The position numbers and the translations under genes were made by a program. From positions 77,376,001 through 77,440,000 of the forward strand of contig OX597828.1 of NCBI GenBank assembly GCA_951406725.2: DNA of 64,000 bases, in the 5' to 3' direction. This DNA comes from Octopus vulgaris. Taxonomy: Eukaryota. How positions within the stretch are numbered: position 1 is the first letter of the stretch; each line of letters starts with the position of its first letter. The notes under the pieces were generated by a model. It was not told where the DNA came from. It saw only the letters and a list, made by a program, of their open reading frames with translations, and made no database searches. Shown here piece by piece: positions 59,882 through 64,000 of this stretch.

Positions 59882-60905
59882 ATTCAGTTTATTTCAAAAT
59901 TTCTTGCCAATAGAGAAAGAACCAGTTTCTGACCTTCAATGGAATTTCAACATCGACAACTGGGCATTTTTGCTTGTATGTATGTATGTATGTATGTATG
60001 TATGTATGTATGTATGTATGTATGTATGTATGTATGTATGTATGTATGTATGTATGTATGCATGTGCTACTGGTAACATGTAACCCAGTATAACCTGTTG
60101 CATGGTCGGGTCGTCGGCGACTAAACCGGCAACCCTACCAAGCTTGCTTGGTGAGGAGGGTGTTTATTGGACACCCTGTGGGATGAAAAACAAAACCCGT
60201 TAAAGGGCGGAGGAACTTTTGAGAGTCAACGGCCATCCAATAAATGTCTTATGGATGTATCATGCGCGGGGACATAGAAATAATCGGACTGAATACCCGA
60301 TCGCGCGGTTAAACCATTAGGAGTGAAGGACTCCTAGCCTTTGTTAGGACATCTCTCTAGGAGAATGTAACTCAGGTATGTAACTGAGATAACTCCGAAA
60401 TAAGACCTGCAGCTCAGTGGTTACCGAGGATGTTGACTTGTTCTTCTTTTCAGATTATGGCTGCTGTTGCTTAGTGAGTGGGATTGACTCAGTGCAAAGC
60501 CTTTCCTCACTTTATAAAAATTCTTCTTGCACAGGCATTGCACGATAGCAACATTGATTAAGCTTCGTGCAATGGCCATATTCGATAACGAGGGGGCAGC
60601 CACCATGTATGTTTGTATGTATGTATTATTCACAGATTTGTATGTATACTCATGCATATAGTTGCATATCTAGACATGCTCATATATATATTTAAATGAA
60701 AAACTTCTGAAAAGTTTTACAGATTTTTATAGTTCCAGTGATGGATTTGATGTGTAGTCTTCGAATTAGCTTTCTCCCTTCTCGTTTTGAGAAGTCTAAT
60801 TTCTCAAGATTGGTATTTAGGCAGTGTGTTACATATCCCAGGGCCCCCCAATAATTACAGGTATAAACCTGAACTTGTAAATGTGTGAATGTATTCGTAT
60901 ACATA
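59882..60905 (-). mobile_element. 3' end of an REL-type retrotransposon, interrupted by the 60061-60606 insertion
   Basis: GALGYVTHCLNTNLEKLDFS..ITGTIKICKTF; UTR homologous to 5590-5700. Confidence 0.75.
60061..60606 (+). mobile_element. Non-coding insertion in (GTAT)n, possibly an RTE-derived non-autonomous element with a 5' HDV-like fold
   Basis: GC-richer block that splits the older element; bounded by GTAT repeats. Family assignment is inference. Confidence 0.55.
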
Positions 60906-61290
60906 TCTGGTTATGTATTTTAGTTTTCTCTTCCTACTACCCTAAGCATAAAGTGCAATAAACGTCCACCATTAATGCATTGTGATCAGACGCGGATATT
61001 TGTTTATCTTGTTGACACAGTAACATCAGAAACATACAAAAAAAACACGAACAAGTGACTTTCTTTCTGTTTGCATTCGTCTGTGTTTATGCTTGTTTCT
61101 GTGTGAGAGACAGAGACAGAGAGAGTGTGTGTGTGTGTGTATTTGCGTATCTTTTGCGTATGTGTGCGCTTGTGTTTGTATTTGTTTGTGTACGAACCAC
61201 ATTATGCACTAGTATAAAATTAATCTTTAAATCTATGCAGAATGACATATACACACACACACACACGTACATACATACATGGATATAAAC

Positions 61291-61368
<78 letters not shown>

Positions 61369-61799
61369 TGTGTGTGCTATGTTGTTGAATATTTTGAAAT
61401 AGTCAATCACGGAGTTGCTAATGAAAAAAAAGCAATCATTGTTTATGATTGAACTGTAATCCATCAATCGCGTCAGTCATAATCCTCAAATGTATCTTCA
61501 AAATCACTTCAAGTTTTTGTTTAAAGAAATCTTCTTCTTATAAGAAGAAAATCATAACTGAAATGTATGCAGTTGTATTGTTAAAGTTGTTCATGTTAAC
61601 GTTGTCGCTGTTGTCGTTGTTGTTGGCGTCGTCGTCGTCGTCGTTGTTCTGTTGTTGACTTGTTTCTTACCATAACTCGTTACAGTTGGTCCGATCAATA
61701 GAGTATTAGATTAGCGACCATGATAGTTTTACTAGGAAGAACTTAGTTTTTTTTTTCATCGAGCTTTGTAAAAATAATTACCCAGCATGCACTGCCTCA

Positions 61800-62560
61800 C
61801 ACTATTAATATATGCAGCAGAAGCATGTTACAATTAACGATTATTAATTTTAGTTTCTAATGTGCTTCTGATTTTTGTCACCAAAGAGGTTTACGAACGT
61901 GCGAACCTTATCCTAAGGGTCATAAATTCCGAACTTTCACAAATTAACTTTTTACCCCACAAAATCTCCTTTACATATATCTTCATTTTGAAGATTTGAA
62001 GAACGTTGTTGAATATCTTTTGGCTTATATCTTTTGGTTGTTGAATATCCTTGGCTTAATGCGGGTGAACAGATCTTTTGAACATCGAAAATCTCGATCA
62101 GATTTCCACAATTCCTGAAGACTCAACAGCTTATAGCGAATGATTTGTAAGTTATTGTGTTTCTGAAGTCAACGCGGGTGATTACCAAAGTCGCTTCGTC
62201 GGATAAAAAGCCGCTTATACGTTATCTTCTCGTTGTATGTATTTGCTCGATATTTTGTAAATGGCTGCTGTATTTGAGTGACAGTAAAGTTATTGATTGT
62301 TTAGTTTCGTATAAGTTGTATAATGAGCTGATGCGTGATTCAGCTTTGTATCAAGGAAGCAAATACCTATTTCCTTCATACTGTTATCTTCAGTTTGATA
62401 TTTGCTGAAGGCGACTGTAATGTATTTCCTCCGCATATAGATCGTTCGCTCAATTCGCCACCTCAATATCAATAGGCCATCATCACTATACATCCCTAAT
62501 ATTGTCAATTTAGGCCTAGCGTTTCTGACATTGTTACGAGCATTTGATTAGAGTTAGAGC
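61800..62560 (-). pseudogene. Ancient Penelope-like RT relic
   Basis: GMYSDDGLLIL..CFLDTKLN..YTTYTKLN, then KIFN downstream. Confidence 0.7.
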
Positions 62561-62756
62561 CTGGAAATACCAAGTCGTTCTTTTCTTTTTTAATGCTGGA
62601 ATATTAAAATGAATTTGCTACTGAGAAGGGACATATTTATGAATCGAACATATTATAAACGGAAATACAGTAAAATCATCCCCCCCTCCCGCAGAATCAT
62701 ACGCTAATCACTGGTTCGTATTTCAGGGAGGCTAAACTATATCTATGACGTCACTA

Positions 62757-63075
62757 GTGAAGGTTTGTGGCTTAGTGGTTTGGGTATTCGGTTCACAATA
62801 ATAAGATCGTGCATTCGATTCCCGGCGGCGAGTTATGTCCTTGAGCAAGACACTTTATTTCACGTTGCTCCGGTCCACTAAACTGGCAAAAATACAGATA
62901 ATACCTGTATTTTAAAGGTCCACTCATATCATATTTTATGTCATGCAGAATCTTCCTATGTTAAGGTTACTTGTGTCTGCGGAGTGCTCAGCCACATGCA
63001 TGTTACTTTCACGAGTAAGCTGTTCCGTTGATCAGATCAACTGGAACGCTTATCTTCGTAACCGATGGAGTGGCA
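62757..63075 (+). mobile_element. Family D SINE
   Basis: A box tggcttagtgg, B-box-like attcgattccc, CORE-like tgtccttgagcaagacactt. Confidence 0.88.
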
Positions 63076-63329
63076 GTTTATGGTGTCGCTAAAATACTCA
63101 ACTGAAAAATTTGCTTATTGCAATTCTATTGGCTGTAACAAATCACTTTCGCAATATTATTGGTTATATTATTACATATCATTGGTTAAAGCTTATTAAA
63201 TTTACACAAGAATATTGATTATAATATATTAAAGTTCTATAATGGTATTGATTGTAATATATTGATTTTTAATATTAGCACATTTTTAATATTTGCGTTT
63301 TTTTTTGTGACCGCGATGGGGTGCAGACA

Positions 63330-63950
63330 ATAAAAATCTACCACAGTATTTGGTGGGTATTTTATCGAGGCTGGAGGTAAAATGATTTGTTCGATGTCAG
63401 AGGAATTTGAACTCAGAAGGTACGTGGACGAAACTGAATTATTTTACAGTAGTGGTACACGGTTGAATCGCTGCACGAGAGGCGTGTACTTCGTTTAATA
63501 ATTATTATATATCTAAGTACCATAACGTTACCATCGTAGAAGACATTGCAGGTGAACGATATGACACCATCTGAAATTTCTAAACGAAATAACAGCTAAA
63601 TCTTCCTCAAACCCCAACCAACTGTCTGTTAAAATGGCATATTGCATAAGGCGAACTGAAAGAGGCATTAGAGCATCGGACCAAATACCGTGTCATATTT
63701 GTTTCGATTCCTAGCGTTCTGAGTTCAGATCCCACCGAGGTCAGTTTGCCTTTCAGTCACATCAGGGTCGATAAATAAAGAATCTAACCAATGCAGTGAC
63801 ATGGTGAAAATGCTGAGGCGTCGGATGACCTTATGTATTATGTTATTTACATTTTATTTTTATTTTGCGGTATTTTCGTTCTTAGTTCAAGTTCAACCGT
63901 AGCTAGTTTGGTAATCGACATAAAAGGTAGCCATTAACATATTCTATTTA
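63330..63950. mobile_element. Old diverged family A SINE copies on both strands
   Basis: ggaatttgaactcaga (-) and gttctgagttcagatcccaccgaggtc (+). Confidence 0.7.
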
Positions 63951-64000
63951 GATGAGTTCGAGAATAACTCCTACCCACCAGTGTGGGAGGTCCTCACGCA

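Overview
AT-rich, extremely microsatellite-rich eukaryotic DNA with no host protein-coding exon I can support. The SINE repertoire and repeat landscape suggest a coleoid cephalopod, probably octopus (inference). Almost all listed ORFs are microsatellite artefacts. Real content: at least four tRNA-derived SINE families, relics of R4/Dong-like, Tx1-like, Rex-Babar-like and Penelope-like retroelements, an internally deleted mariner, a Tc1-like relic, a hAT MITE and a Helitron end. The most notable signal is structured RNA. (i) About a dozen type-I hammerhead ribozyme (HHR) motifs sit in unrelated short, (TA)n-flanked, often palindromic Penelope-like modules, two families with the compensatory U3:A8 core. 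(ii) Three strongly diverged copies of a motif (30.1, 36.1, 42.9 kb) carry all hammerhead core strands in a non-circularly permuted order (UH strand, GAAA strand, CUGANGA strand), with covarying stems and a k-turn-like elbow. (iii) A tRNA-headed SINE-like unit carries a hammerhead. (iv) There is a pre-miRNA-like hairpin at 24.5 kb and a degenerate HDV-like fold at 60.1 kb. All structures were paired by eye; none was folded, searched or tested.
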